From NCBI GenBank assembly GCA_018623995.1, contig JAAZUV010000002.1, positions 1 to 34,632 on the forward strand: DNA of 34,632 nt, in the 5' to 3' direction. This DNA comes from Methanobacteriota archaeon (lineage in GTDB: Archaea > Thermoplasmatota > Poseidoniia > Poseidoniales > Poseidoniaceae). The translations under genes and the position numbers were made by a program. Position 1 is the first letter of the stretch. The number at the start of each line of letters is the position of its first letter. Of this stretch, positions 1-9,765 are shown one piece after another. The notes under the pieces were generated by a model that was not told where the DNA came from, did no database searches, and saw nothing but the letters and a program-made list of their open reading frames with translations.

Positions 1-1
1 A

Positions 2-604
2 GATGAAACCGATGTGAACGTCACCATCGAAGGCAAGAGGGCGTGGGTTGAAGGCATCGTTGAGGAACTTGGCCTTTCTGAAGTTGGTGTAATGCTGCCA
101 ATCGGCGTACAATCACCGCTCCAAGATACGCCATCACAAACCGATGAAGATTCCGAAGATGATGATGCGCTACTCCCACCGAGCGACATGGGGCCTGAAC
201 CAGACCCAAGCCGCATTCCCGTTGTACGGCGCCCGATTGGAGCGCTCAATGTTGACCTCGAAATCGAGAAGATTGGGCTCGAACCTCCAAGTGCTAACGA
301 TGTGTTTGAGCTCATGGATGCTTTTGCTGATCTTGACGAACCTCGTCCAATTCAAGGCGAGATGAGCGTCGATCCAATGGCTGAGGCATGGTTGAAGGAA
401 CTGATGCGACTTATCGTTCGAGAAGGTGGCCGAACTGCCTTAGCAACCGAAACAATCGAAGAAGTTGCAAGTGCAAAATTGGGCGGTCGAACTGGGGTCG
501 AACTCAGCGTTTGGTTGGAATCTCTGTTTGCAGCCGGAAAACTTGTCAAAATTCATGGTGGCGATGCCACCGGTTGGGGCCCCTCGCCAAGATGGCTTGG
601 CTGA
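2..604 (+). CDS. hypothetical acidic protein, 5' end cut by window edge
   Basis: The frame is open from base 2 (GAT GAA ACC GAT GTG..). The track ORF begins at GTG 14 and the stop is TGA 602-604. A D/E/P-rich linker (TDEDSEDDDALLPPSDMGPEPDP) is followed by a helical C-terminal part. No family recognised by eye. Confidence 0.6.
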   Translation, partial: DETDVNVTIEGKRAWVEGIVEELGLSEVGVMLPIGVQSPLQDTPSQTDEDSEDDDALLPPSDMGPEPDPSRIPVVRRPIGALNVDLEIEKIGLEPPSANDVFELMDAFADLDEPRPIQGEMSVDPMAEAWLKELMRLIVREGGRTALATETIEEVASAKLGGRTGVELSVWLESLFAAGKLVKIHGGDATGWGPSPRWLG

Positions 605-698
605 GTTACAATCGGGCCGCAAGAACGCACATTTGCCTTGCGTAGGGCGAAGCGTAGCATCAAAGGGGTTATAGTGGAAGTATGGTTGGCTAAGTTGA

Positions 699-3600
699 GT
701 GATATTGATGCAAACAGAGACAAACAAAATCGGGGCAAAACTTCGAAGCGTATTTCTTGTACTCATAATGGTTCTATCGACAACGGCTGCCTTTGCAACC
801 AACGCAAGCGCATCCGCTGCACGGAATTATACTACCAACCGTGACCCAATTGACATCGGTATTGCCGATTTCAACTGTGATGGCCACAACGATATGGCCG
901 TTGCTACCGACGGTACACACACCATTACGATCCTCTTGAACGATGGTACTGGTGACTTCACAGAGCGCTACGACGTTTGGGTCTCCAAGAACACTTCTCG
1001 AAACGCCGAGTGGGATGAGTTCTCCAACGTCCAGTTCCTCGAAGTCGGAGAGTTCAATGGTGACAGCGCACCAGATATCGCCATCTTCCAGCGGAACAAC
1101 CCATTCAAGACAGACGACAACGGCGCACCTGCTGGTGAACCAGGAAACCTGACCATTCTCGAGAACGATGGCTGCAACAGCGACTCGTTCACCATCGGTC
1201 AGCGATACACCCACTTCTGGGCATGGGATCTCGCCGTGGGAGACATCAACCAAGATGGCAACGATGACGTCATCATTCTCGATCTCTTGAACGACATCTC
1301 CAACCAGCGTGTCGTCACCTACATGGGCCCAATCGGTGCAAGCACTACGCCAATGGTTACAGCATTAGGGACTGCAAATACCAACTCCTATCGAAGTCTC
1401 GAAATCGGTGATTGGGGCGAGTCCCAACAAGGCCTCACCGGACAATGTTACGACGAGGATATCTGGCTCTTGCGCAGTGAAGGAGTTGACTATGCAACCG
1501 GTCAAACAACCAACCCTGGTAACGATGACAACGTGACCATCATCGAATTCAACTGTCAAACCAATCTGTTCCCAGCAACGTACACCTTCTCGACATCCAC
1601 TCAAGCAGGATCCCATGTCGTCAACATGGCCAACATCTTCGGTGCCTTTGACATCGGTGATATGGACAACGATGGAACCATCGATACCATCGCTATGACA
1701 CAAGGTAACCTCGAGAACATCACCTTCTCGACCTCCTCCGCTGTCGGTACCTGGTCAAGCCCTACCTTGGCATACTTCGGCCCATACATCTCTTACGACG
1801 TTACTGTGGCCGATATCAACGGGGACGGTGAACCAGATTTCGTCAACCCAACCGTTGCATACCAACAAAACACCTCGGACTCCGCTGGTGGTTCAACCTC
1901 TTCCTTCTGGCTCAACTTCCCAACAACCGTTCAAGTAACGCTCTCTGACGGGTCCGGTGGACACGTAACGCCACTCTCCTATGAGGCTGGACGTCGTCCA
2001 AACATTGCCGTGGTTGGACAACTCGCTGGTGCATCAACTTCTGCACCAGACATCGTTGTCGGACACGCGTCCTACAACTTCGGAAACTGGGTTGATAACC
2101 TAGGTTGGGATGCTCAATACGACTATCTTACTGTTGTTGAGATGGACAGCAAAGACATCGCTGTAACCGGCATCGAGATCAATCCAGTCGATCGGTTCTT
2201 TGGTATCGTTGGTGAAGGAAACCGAGACATTAACGTCACGATCACCAACACTGGAATGGACACGCTCACACAAAACGCAAACCTCGATGTCGTTCTCCAA
2301 GTCGTTGACGAAGCGAACTCTTCCAACTCGACGGTGTTTAGCCATGATTTCGACACGCCTGCCGATGCGACAGGATGTGGCGGCGGTTGTACCTGGGCGT
2401 TCAACGAATACGTCGACCAATCCTCAAACTGGATTCTTGAAACCAATCACTCTGTTGGTGGTAGCGACGGAAACAATGCACCAAACGTGTCTGCGAACTA
2501 TCAAAACCCAACCGACTTCATGTGGGCAGGGGAATACAAGACCAACAGCAGTGGCGACGAATGGTCAGGATACGGCCGTCACTGGGACGATGCACTTACA
2601 CTCGAGGACGTTGACTTGACGGGCTCTGACCGTGCTTTCCTCAGCGTCGAGTTGTTCCGACACCTTGGTTACGGTGCTCTCGGGTCTGTTGATGCAACCA
2701 CTGGACAGTGGCTCATCGGTGACCTTTGGGACGATGTTGCCATGATCGAAGTTGGCTCGGCTGAGACTGGATGGTCGACCATCGCCTGTCCAACATCTGC
2801 TCAGGTTGCAGGAGAGTGTCTCTCTGGGTCCTCCATCTGGGGTGGCTATGACAACGACCGTGCCTTCAAGATCAACGGCTATGGCGGTGTTGCAGAAGGA
2901 CGCTACTATTACGGTGTCTTCAGCTCAGGTACCTACTACGGATGGAGCAACTTTACCCAGGAAGGCGTTGGTGAGTTCGACCTGTCTCCATGGGCTGGTG
3001 AAACCGTTGACATCCGATTCCGTCTCCGCTCAGGATTCGAAGGATCGATTGCTGATGACAACGAATCTCTCTGGTCCGGTCGAGATGGATATGCCATTGA
3101 CAACATCACCATCTACAAGCAAAACACTGCTTACTTCCCGAACCCACAAACACTTCAACAACCACTCGCGTTGACCAATCTAGGACCGGGTGAGGAAGAA
3201 ACTGCCTCGATTTCAGCCAACCTCCTCAACGATACGATTTATCGAATCTCAGCGACCCTCAGCAACCATGCATGGGACGAGCAAAGTGTGAACGACGAGA
3301 TCATCGGTTACATCCAACCGTTCAATCTCTATGACCCGACAGTTGAAGGTATCGATTACTTCAATCCTGGTGGCCTGTATGCTGAAGGCATGTTCGATAT
3401 CGATGTCATTACCAACAACTGGGGTAACACCATGGTGGACTACGATATCAAGGCAACCGTCTTCTCTGCAACGCCTTCCGACGTTCTCTGCAGCGCACCT
3501 GCAGTCATCTGTAAGGAATCCTTCGAAGGTGGTGCCAACGGATACGTCTACAGTGACGATGGCAACCCACAAGGTGCCATCTACAACGAAGCGACCTGTA

Positions 3601-6600
3601 ACGATCTCATTTTCAATAACAACGCCTACTGGTTCGGTCACCCATGTGACACAGCAACGCAAGGATACGGCGACTTGTGGGAGAACGAGACGCTCACCAT
3701 CCCTGGTGTTGATTTGACCAGCATGTCCGGTGATTTCGTTTCACTGAACTTCGAGTACTATGCAGATACCTTCTACGGTATCGATGTCGACGGAACATCC
3801 ATTGTCGATGTCAACGACTATGCTTCCATCAACGTCGATTTCACCAAGGGTAGCGACACATACTCAGGTGTTCTCCTCGGACAATGGAACGACTACGACG
3901 AAGACGGAACCTGCCGCAACGACGACAACGGTGACGGATTCACGAACTCAAGTGAATCCATCAACCAAGCAGAGATTTCCTTCATCGGCGACTCTGCCAG
4001 CACGGACGGATCTGCCGGCAATTACAACGTCTTCTTCAACACAGACGATCTGGTTTTGAGCCGAAGCATCGACTTGACGCATCTGTACGTCCTCAACAAC
4101 ACCGCTGCAGACAGCTTGCAGTGGTTCCGTGAGTGCATTTCCCTCGCAGGCTCGACCGTTGACATCAACTTCGAGTTCCAGAGCGACGGAGACGGCCGCA
4201 ACGGTATCAACGACGGTTTCAAGGGTGTAGCCTTCAACAACATCACATTACAGGAATTCACATTCTACGAGGATGCTTCCTACACCGTTTCCCGAACCAA
4301 CGTTGATGCAGAAGACGTTGCAACAACCACCGTTGCCAACCACGAGTTCTTCTCCGGTGTCTACATGATTCGTGCAGAGACGATCTTCGACAACACCACC
4401 GCTGGTGTACCATGGTTTGGCGACAATGAACTGAGCAACTCCAACAACATCGAGCAAGTGATCTTCAACGTTGAATCGGTTGACATCACGCTCGGTAAGC
4501 CAAGTACACTTGCGTGCTTGGATGATGGTGTCTACGCTTGTGTTCTCCCAATCGATGGAAGTTTGACACACAACTGGGACCTCAAGGCAACCAACGGTGT
4601 GTTGGCTGGTGATTACATGTTCTACATGACCGTCTTTGACGAGACCGATGGAACACAAGCCTACCAGGCTTCTTCTGCTCCAACGACCACAACACTCGCA
4701 TCCAACGAGCGCATTGACTTGACGTTCCCTGCGTACAACGGTTGGATGGATGGCCACACCTACAACGTCAGTTTCCACGCTGAACTTGCCAACGGAAACC
4801 CAAGCGGTAACGTTCGCTACTTCCATGCAACCTTTGCTGACCAAATCGATGTTGCCATCCTTGGTGATTCAACCGCACGTACCTCGACCATCAAGCAGGA
4901 TCTCCAACTCTTGGGCATGTCCTACACACAGTACGGCATCAACGATTGGACCACCTATCTTGACTCTGGATGGATGACCCACTACGACAAGATTCTCTTG
5001 CCATGGCAAGAAGACATCGCTGCAAAGGACGTTGAAAGCGGTGGCCGTGGTTACTACCAGAAGCTCGGATCAACTGCCAACCGACAAACGCTCGAATCGT
5101 TCATGTCTGCTGGAGGTACCGTACAGGCTCACCTTGGTCCTCAAGGAAGCCAAATCTACGGTCTTGACGTTGGATTGAACGGACGACTACCGTTTGGTAT
5201 GGATGTCCAAAGTCGAAACACACCTGAGACCAAGATTCTCTACACAGGTCTCGACATTGCGGACCCATTCCACCCAATCATGGACGATGTGTCCACGACC
5301 GCCTTCCAAGGCTTCGAGGGTGATGGAACTGTTGCAACAGCCGTTCTCAACACAAACTCTGTTAGCACGCAAAACGTTCCAGGTGTCTGTAACGGATACA
5401 TGGAGGATGGAGGCTTCTTCCAGAGTTTGTTGCGAACCGATGCGAACAGCAAGGACGTCATCATGGGAACATGCAGTTACTACCAAGGTGGAATGATTGT
5501 TTCCACCATTGACGTATCGACCTACTCGTCTCGAGCAGACAGCACAACCTTCCCACTTCTCGGAAACATGCTGTCCTACTCCGTCACGCCTTACCCAGAA
5601 GGATTCGGTGCTATGGGCCAAGATCTCGGACTGACCATTGATGGTGAAATGCCAGGCATTGATCCATCAACCGGTGGCTATGCTACACACTACATGAAGA
5701 GCGATGCGACCGTCAACTTCGGTTACACAACAGCTACCTCAGCAACGCTCACAGCCGATTGGATCCTTGACGGACCAACCGACTGGATGGGCCAAACCAT
5801 GGCAAGCGGAACCGACCACATTTCGGAAGCCTCTCCATCTGCGACCTTCTGTAAGACCGACTTGTCGTCTGCAACAGGATGTCTCCAAGGTGCCACATGG
5901 ACCGTCACTCTGCTTCTGCACGATGAAGCAGGTCACGCTCGAATCATCACCGTCGATGTCGAAACCAACGACGTCCTCGCTGACGCATTCGCACCTGAAG
6001 CAAACATGAGCATCGACATGCGTGATGAATACGCAGACAACATCGAGTACATCGGAACAAAGACAGTTTCCAGCACAGAATGGGACGTCAACCGTGTGAT
6101 TCTCTCCGAAGCTGGTGAACTTGTTCTCCACTTCGATGCGAGTGAATCGTTCGATGCAGATGCCATCGATGGAACCAACGGAATTGTTACCTACGAATGG
6201 AAGGTCTTCTTCGACGCTCCGTACGGTGACACCTCGTTCAACTTGGAAGGACACACGTTCGAAGAATCCGCCGCAAGCAACGGTCTCTTCTCGTACAAGT
6301 TCCAAAACGTCACCGTTGACGATTCAGGAACAGCAGAATCGCAGATTCGTATGGAACTTCGTGTGTACGATGCATCCGGTAAGTTCTCGGACAAGTTCCG
6401 TATGTACTTCGTTGTCGTACCTGAAGGATATGGGGACGAAATCCCAGTCGTTCAATACGACAACTTCGACAACGCCTCCGTGGGCTTCACCTCCGAATCT
6501 GAATTCACCATCACAGGAACCATCCTCTCCGGATCGGAAACAGGTGAGGTCTACGTTGAAGCAGCCTTCAATGAGGATGATTTCTCTGCCTCGGCAATTG

Positions 6601-7376
6601 AGAAGTACAACCTCATTACGGACAAGCGATTTGACCGCAGCGACGCTCTATCAGACTCCGACACGTTCGAACTGTCGCTCTTTATCGGCGACCGATACAG
6701 AAACACAAGCGAAGTTGTGGAAATCTGGGTCCGAGTGTACGAAGGTGACGACGAGCGTTGGTCAGATGAACTCACAAAGAGCGTCATTGTCAAACTGAAC
6801 ATTTGTCAAGGCATTCTCGCAAATGAATCTGCCAGCATTGCTGACGGAGCAGATTCCTTCGTCTGGAATTCAACTACCATGCGCTGTGACTGGATTGGTT
6901 CTTGGTCCTATGATCACGAAACCGGCGTTTGGACAGCGCCAACGACCGATCAACAAGGCACCGAAGATGCAGAGGAAAGCAGCATGATGCTCATTATTGG
7001 TATCATTGCGACTGTTCTTGTCCTTCTGCTTGTATCTGCCTTCTTCCTCCGTGGTGGAAGCGGTGACAAGGTCGACAACCTCAGTGCCGCTGCCGCAGGC
7101 TATGGTCAAGAGATGGATATGACGGAACAATACGTCCAGCAATTGATCGCTCAAGGCTACCCAGAAGAAACCGCACGGGCCTATGCAGCTCAATATGTGG
7201 GTCAATCTGCAGCAGCTGCAGCGCCAGCCGCTGCCGCACCTGCAGCTGCAAGCAACGATTTGTACACGCAGTACTACAACCAGTACTTCCAGCAATTCGT
7301 AGCCCAGGGTTACGATGAGGCGACGGCTGCGCAATATGCACAGCAGTATGCCGCACAAGCCCAACAGCAGCAATAG
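699..7376 (+). CDS. giant (2225 aa) type-I membrane surface protein: signal peptide, FG-GAP/VCBS-like propeller repeats, PKD-like module, C-terminal TM helix, Q/A/Y-rich cytoplasmic tail
   Basis: Single uninterrupted 6.7-kb ORF; start is GTG 699 or ATG 708. The N-terminus KLRSVFLVLIMVLSTTAAFATNASA is signal-peptide-like. Repeated Ca-binding blade motifs are present: DFNCDGHNDMAV, GEFNGDSAPDIAIF, GDINQDGNDDVIIL, GDMDNDGTIDTIAM, ADINGDGEPDFVNP. LHFDASESFDADAIDGTNGIVTYEWKVFF is PKD-like. There are many N-x-S/T sequons. TM helix MMLIIGIIATVLVLLLVSAFFL lies at 6984-7049 and a 108-aa tail at 7050-7373. Confidence 0.9.
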   Translation: MILMQTETNKIGAKLRSVFLVLIMVLSTTAAFATNASASAARNYTTNRDPIDIGIADFNCDGHNDMAVATDGTHTITILLNDGTGDFTERYDVWVSKNTSRNAEWDEFSNVQFLEVGEFNGDSAPDIAIFQRNNPFKTDDNGAPAGEPGNLTILENDGCNSDSFTIGQRYTHFWAWDLAVGDINQDGNDDVIILDLLNDISNQRVVTYMGPIGASTTPMVTALGTANTNSYRSLEIGDWGESQQGLTGQCYDEDIWLLRSEGVDYATGQTTNPGNDDNVTIIEFNCQTNLFPATYTFSTSTQAGSHVVNMANIFGAFDIGDMDNDGTIDTIAMTQGNLENITFSTSSAVGTWSSPTLAYFGPYISYDVTVADINGDGEPDFVNPTVAYQQNTSDSAGGSTSSFWLNFPTTVQVTLSDGSGGHVTPLSYEAGRRPNIAVVGQLAGASTSAPDIVVGHASYNFGNWVDNLGWDAQYDYLTVVEMDSKDIAVTGIEINPVDRFFGIVGEGNRDINVTITNTGMDTLTQNANLDVVLQVVDEANSSNSTVFSHDFDTPADATGCGGGCTWAFNEYVDQSSNWILETNHSVGGSDGNNAPNVSANYQNPTDFMWAGEYKTNSSGDEWSGYGRHWDDALTLEDVDLTGSDRAFLSVELFRHLGYGALGSVDATTGQWLIGDLWDDVAMIEVGSAETGWSTIACPTSAQVAGECLSGSSIWGGYDNDRAFKINGYGGVAEGRYYYGVFSSGTYYGWSNFTQEGVGEFDLSPWAGETVDIRFRLRSGFEGSIADDNESLWSGRDGYAIDNITIYKQNTAYFPNPQTLQQPLALTNLGPGEEETASISANLLNDTIYRISATLSNHAWDEQSVNDEIIGYIQPFNLYDPTVEGIDYFNPGGLYAEGMFDIDVITNNWGNTMVDYDIKATVFSATPSDVLCSAPAVICKESFEGGANGYVYSDDGNPQGAIYNEATCNDLIFNNNAYWFGHPCDTATQGYGDLWENETLTIPGVDLTSMSGDFVSLNFEYYADTFYGIDVDGTSIVDVNDYASINVDFTKGSDTYSGVLLGQWNDYDEDGTCRNDDNGDGFTNSSESINQAEISFIGDSASTDGSAGNYNVFFNTDDLVLSRSIDLTHLYVLNNTAADSLQWFRECISLAGSTVDINFEFQSDGDGRNGINDGFKGVAFNNITLQEFTFYEDASYTVSRTNVDAEDVATTTVANHEFFSGVYMIRAETIFDNTTAGVPWFGDNELSNSNNIEQVIFNVESVDITLGKPSTLACLDDGVYACVLPIDGSLTHNWDLKATNGVLAGDYMFYMTVFDETDGTQAYQASSAPTTTTLASNERIDLTFPAYNGWMDGHTYNVSFHAELANGNPSGNVRYFHATFADQIDVAILGDSTARTSTIKQDLQLLGMSYTQYGINDWTTYLDSGWMTHYDKILLPWQEDIAAKDVESGGRGYYQKLGSTANRQTLESFMSAGGTVQAHLGPQGSQIYGLDVGLNGRLPFGMDVQSRNTPETKILYTGLDIADPFHPIMDDVSTTAFQGFEGDGTVATAVLNTNSVSTQNVPGVCNGYMEDGGFFQSLLRTDANSKDVIMGTCSYYQGGMIVSTIDVSTYSSRADSTTFPLLGNMLSYSVTPYPEGFGAMGQDLGLTIDGEMPGIDPSTGGYATHYMKSDATVNFGYTTATSATLTADWILDGPTDWMGQTMASGTDHISEASPSATFCKTDLSSATGCLQGATWTVTLLLHDEAGHARIITVDVETNDVLADAFAPEANMSIDMRDEYADNIEYIGTKTVSSTEWDVNRVILSEAGELVLHFDASESFDADAIDGTNGIVTYEWKVFFDAPYGDTSFNLEGHTFEESAASNGLFSYKFQNVTVDDSGTAESQIRMELRVYDASGKFSDKFRMYFVVVPEGYGDEIPVVQYDNFDNASVGFTSESEFTITGTILSGSETGEVYVEAAFNEDDFSASAIEKYNLITDKRFDRSDALSDSDTFELSLFIGDRYRNTSEVVEIWVRVYEGDDERWSDELTKSVIVKLNICQGILANESASIADGADSFVWNSTTMRCDWIGSWSYDHETGVWTAPTTDQQGTEDAEESSMMLIIGIIATVLVLLLVSAFFLRGGSGDKVDNLSAAAAGYGQEMDMTEQYVQQLIAQGYPEETARAYAAQYVGQSAAAAAPAAAAPAAASNDLYTQYYNQYFQQFVAQGYDEATAAQYAQQYAAQAQQQQ

Positions 7377-7436
7377 ATGCCAGTGGCCCCGTGGCCATGA
7401 AGATGGGTTGAAAAACCCAGAGTACTCGCAAGAGTC

Positions 7437-8711
7437 ATGGAAGGTTTGGATACGGGCGAAGGCTATGCAGTTCGCAACATTGGACTTGCAGATGAAGGAT
7501 CCCTGAGAGTCGATTGGGCTCGTTCCAGAATGCCGGTTCTGGCAGCACTACGAGAAGAAGCCGAGCGCACCAAACCACTGGCTGGTATGCGTGTAGCAGG
7601 TTGTTTGCACGTGACCAAAGAGACCGCTGTGCTGGTCGAAACCATCGCTGCTGCTGGTGCTGAACTTTCTTGGTCCGGTTGCAATCCTTTGTCAACACAA
7701 GACGATGTAGCAGCTTGGCTTGCCCGTGAAGGCTATTCTGTGTATGCTTGGCATGGTCAAAGCGTTGATGATTTCTATTGGTGCATTGACAAGACCCTGG
7801 AGTTCAAGCCAACACTCACGCTTGATGATGGAGCGGATTTGATCGTCCGTGTCCATGGTGAACGCTCTGAATATGCAGAAGGTGTTCTCGGTGGAACAGA
7901 GGAAACCACAACTGGTGTGCACCGACTTCGAGCAATGGCTGCTGCTGGTGACCTCAAGTATCCTGTCATCGCCGTCAACGATGCTGTAACCAAGTGGGAC
8001 TTTGACAACGTCTACGGTACTGGACAATCAACGCTCGATGGAATCTTGCGAGCAACATCTGTTCTTATCGCAGGGAAAACAATGGTGGTAGCAGGGTATG
8101 GTCACTGTGGAAAAGGTGTTGCCATGCGCGCCCGTGGTCTAGGAGCCAACGTTATCGTGACGGAAGTGGATCCACTCGCTGCACTACGAGCCGTTATGGA
8201 TGGTTACAAGGTCATGACCATGGACGATGCTGCACCATTGGGTGACATCTTCTGTACTGCGACCGGAATGAAAGACATCATTGTCGAGCGCCACTTTGCA
8301 ACGATGAAGGATGGAGCCATCGTATCCAACACTGGGCATTACGATTGCGAAATCGATGTCGTTGCACTCGAGAATCTCTCCACCTCCGTTCGAACCATTC
8401 GAAAGGATAACGAAGAATTCACGCTTGGGAATGGAAATAAAATCCATCTTCTTGCTCGAGGACGACTCGTGAACCTTGCAGCCGCTGAAGGCCATCCTTC
8501 TGAAGTCATGGATATGTCCTTCGCAAATCAATTTCTTTCGTTGTGCAGACTCGCTGCTGAAGCCAAGGATATGGATAACAACGTCTACGACATCACCATT
8601 GAACAAGACCAGAACTTAGCGACGACCAAACTCGAGACGATCGGTGTGAGCATTGATACACTAACAGATGATCAAATCGACTACAAAGACGATTATACTG
8701 CAGGAACCTGA
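7437..8711 (+). CDS. ahcY: S-adenosyl-L-homocysteine hydrolase (adenosylhomocysteinase)
   Basis: 424 aa. NAD-binding motif GKTMVVAGYGHCGKGVAMRARGLGANVIVTEVDPLAALRAVMDGYKV, plus ETTTGVHRL, the HYDCEID region and GRLVNLAAAEGHPSEVMDMSF, are all classic SAHH signatures. Confidence 0.95.
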   Translation: MEGLDTGEGYAVRNIGLADEGSLRVDWARSRMPVLAALREEAERTKPLAGMRVAGCLHVTKETAVLVETIAAAGAELSWSGCNPLSTQDDVAAWLAREGYSVYAWHGQSVDDFYWCIDKTLEFKPTLTLDDGADLIVRVHGERSEYAEGVLGGTEETTTGVHRLRAMAAAGDLKYPVIAVNDAVTKWDFDNVYGTGQSTLDGILRATSVLIAGKTMVVAGYGHCGKGVAMRARGLGANVIVTEVDPLAALRAVMDGYKVMTMDDAAPLGDIFCTATGMKDIIVERHFATMKDGAIVSNTGHYDCEIDVVALENLSTSVRTIRKDNEEFTLGNGNKIHLLARGRLVNLAAAEGHPSEVMDMSFANQFLSLCRLAAEAKDMDNNVYDITIEQDQNLATTKLETIGVSIDTLTDDQIDYKDDYTAGT

Positions 8712-8716
8712 GCTAC

Positions 8717-9754
8717 TTATTCCTCTTCAAATGAGGTGAGTTCCTCATCCTGCTCTTCTTCCCAGAATGGAGCCTCATCGGAGATGTGTGAAGAGAAATT
8801 AGGCAGCTTTGGTTTCCAATCACCCTTGAAGGTCTCTTTCGCATCCACAATTTTCAGCATTCGATCTTGGAATGCAGGCGGCCTTCTGCTAAGAATGAAC
8901 ATGAACAGTTTGGAAATTCGAATTTCTTCCGGTATGACGACATAGCCTGTTGCAGTTTCAAAATCCATAGCTCGTAACAGATTGAACGCAGGCCGGTTAA
9001 GTCGTTGGAACCATCGCCTTGAGATACGCATTCCGAAGATGACTGTTGTAAGGATGAGTAATGAGGTAAGACAGAAACCTCCGAACCCTGAGCCGAAAAA
9101 CTGTGGCGCCATGATGACTTCCAGCATGAGGATTGGTGTTGTTATGAGAAGGAATATTTTCGATTCACTGATCGGCGGTTTGTTCATTCGCATCTTGATG
9201 GCTTCCCAACCATCGTGATGTTTTTCCCACGGTTTGAAATGCTCAGAAGACGGCTGTTCACTTGCCAATTGACACATTTGATGCAATCGTGCAACGCGCG
9301 CATACTGTGTAGTAGCAAGATCCATGTTTTCATCAAAAATCGACTGCAACCGATCGCTTGCTTCACTGTACAGTCCCATATCTGCTAGAATAGCTGCTTG
9401 CTCAACAATCGGCGTGACCTCTTCTGGAGCATGATGACGTGCATCTTGCCACCATTGTAGCGCATCCATGTACAAACCAAGTTCATCGGAAAGCAATCGC
9501 CCTCCTCGAACCCACATAGCCAAATCATCCGGTTGGAGAGCAACCACCTTCTTCGCAGCAGAGAGTGAGGAAGCAGCTTGCTTCAAGGTTGGTTGCAATC
9601 GAGATCCTGGAAGACTCGCATCAGAAATGACTCTCCAAGCATCAGCATGTTCGGGGTCAATTTTGACCGCCTTTCGAGCATGCGTGAGCGCTTCTTCACG
9701 GTTTTCAGCGTCAAGGGCTTCAAGCGCATCCAAGTAATGGGCTTCTGCTGTCAC
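8717..9754 (-). CDS. TPR-repeat membrane protein (hypothetical)
   Basis: 345 aa. The N-terminal half has TPR-like helical repeats (YLDALEALDAENREEALTHARKAVKIDPEHADAWRV...). Hydrophobic segments IFLLITTPILMLEVIMAPQFF and FCLTSLLILTTVIFGM sit mid-protein. The C-terminus is acidic and ends in FEEE. Convergent with ahcY across a 5-nt gap. Confidence 0.75.
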   Translation of the reverse strand: MTAEAHYLDALEALDAENREEALTHARKAVKIDPEHADAWRVISDASLPGSRLQPTLKQAASSLSAAKKVVALQPDDLAMWVRGGRLLSDELGLYMDALQWWQDARHHAPEEVTPIVEQAAILADMGLYSEASDRLQSIFDENMDLATTQYARVARLHQMCQLASEQPSSEHFKPWEKHHDGWEAIKMRMNKPPISESKIFLLITTPILMLEVIMAPQFFGSGFGGFCLTSLLILTTVIFGMRISRRWFQRLNRPAFNLLRAMDFETATGYVVIPEEIRISKLFMFILSRRPPAFQDRMLKIVDAKETFKGDWKPKLPNFSSHISDEAPFWEEEQDEELTSFEEE

Positions 9755-9765
9755 GTCCGTTCACC

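Noticed and set aside
618-642. Inverted repeat CGCAAG-N13-CTTGCG and duplicated GCGTAG upstream of the giant gene, a possible ncRNA or regulatory element
   Set aside because: It is a 6-bp stem with a large loop in a 94-bp spacer. It shows no tRNA-like or riboswitch-like organisation and is within chance expectation.
4248-6798. Several long ORFs inside the giant gene: 4248-4844 (-), 5739-6305 (-), 6115-6798 (+, alternative frame), and 6870-7373 (-) just beyond
   Set aside because: All are nested in or antisense to the continuous 6.7-kb ORF, which has coherent domain motifs. Their products are low-complexity with no start context. This is typical shadow-ORF behaviour.
7405-7418. Small hairpin GGGTT-GAAA-AACCC between the giant gene and ahcY, a possible terminator
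   Set aside because: It has only a 5-bp stem and no following T-tract. It is too weak to call, since archaeal termination usually relies on oligo-T, which is absent here.
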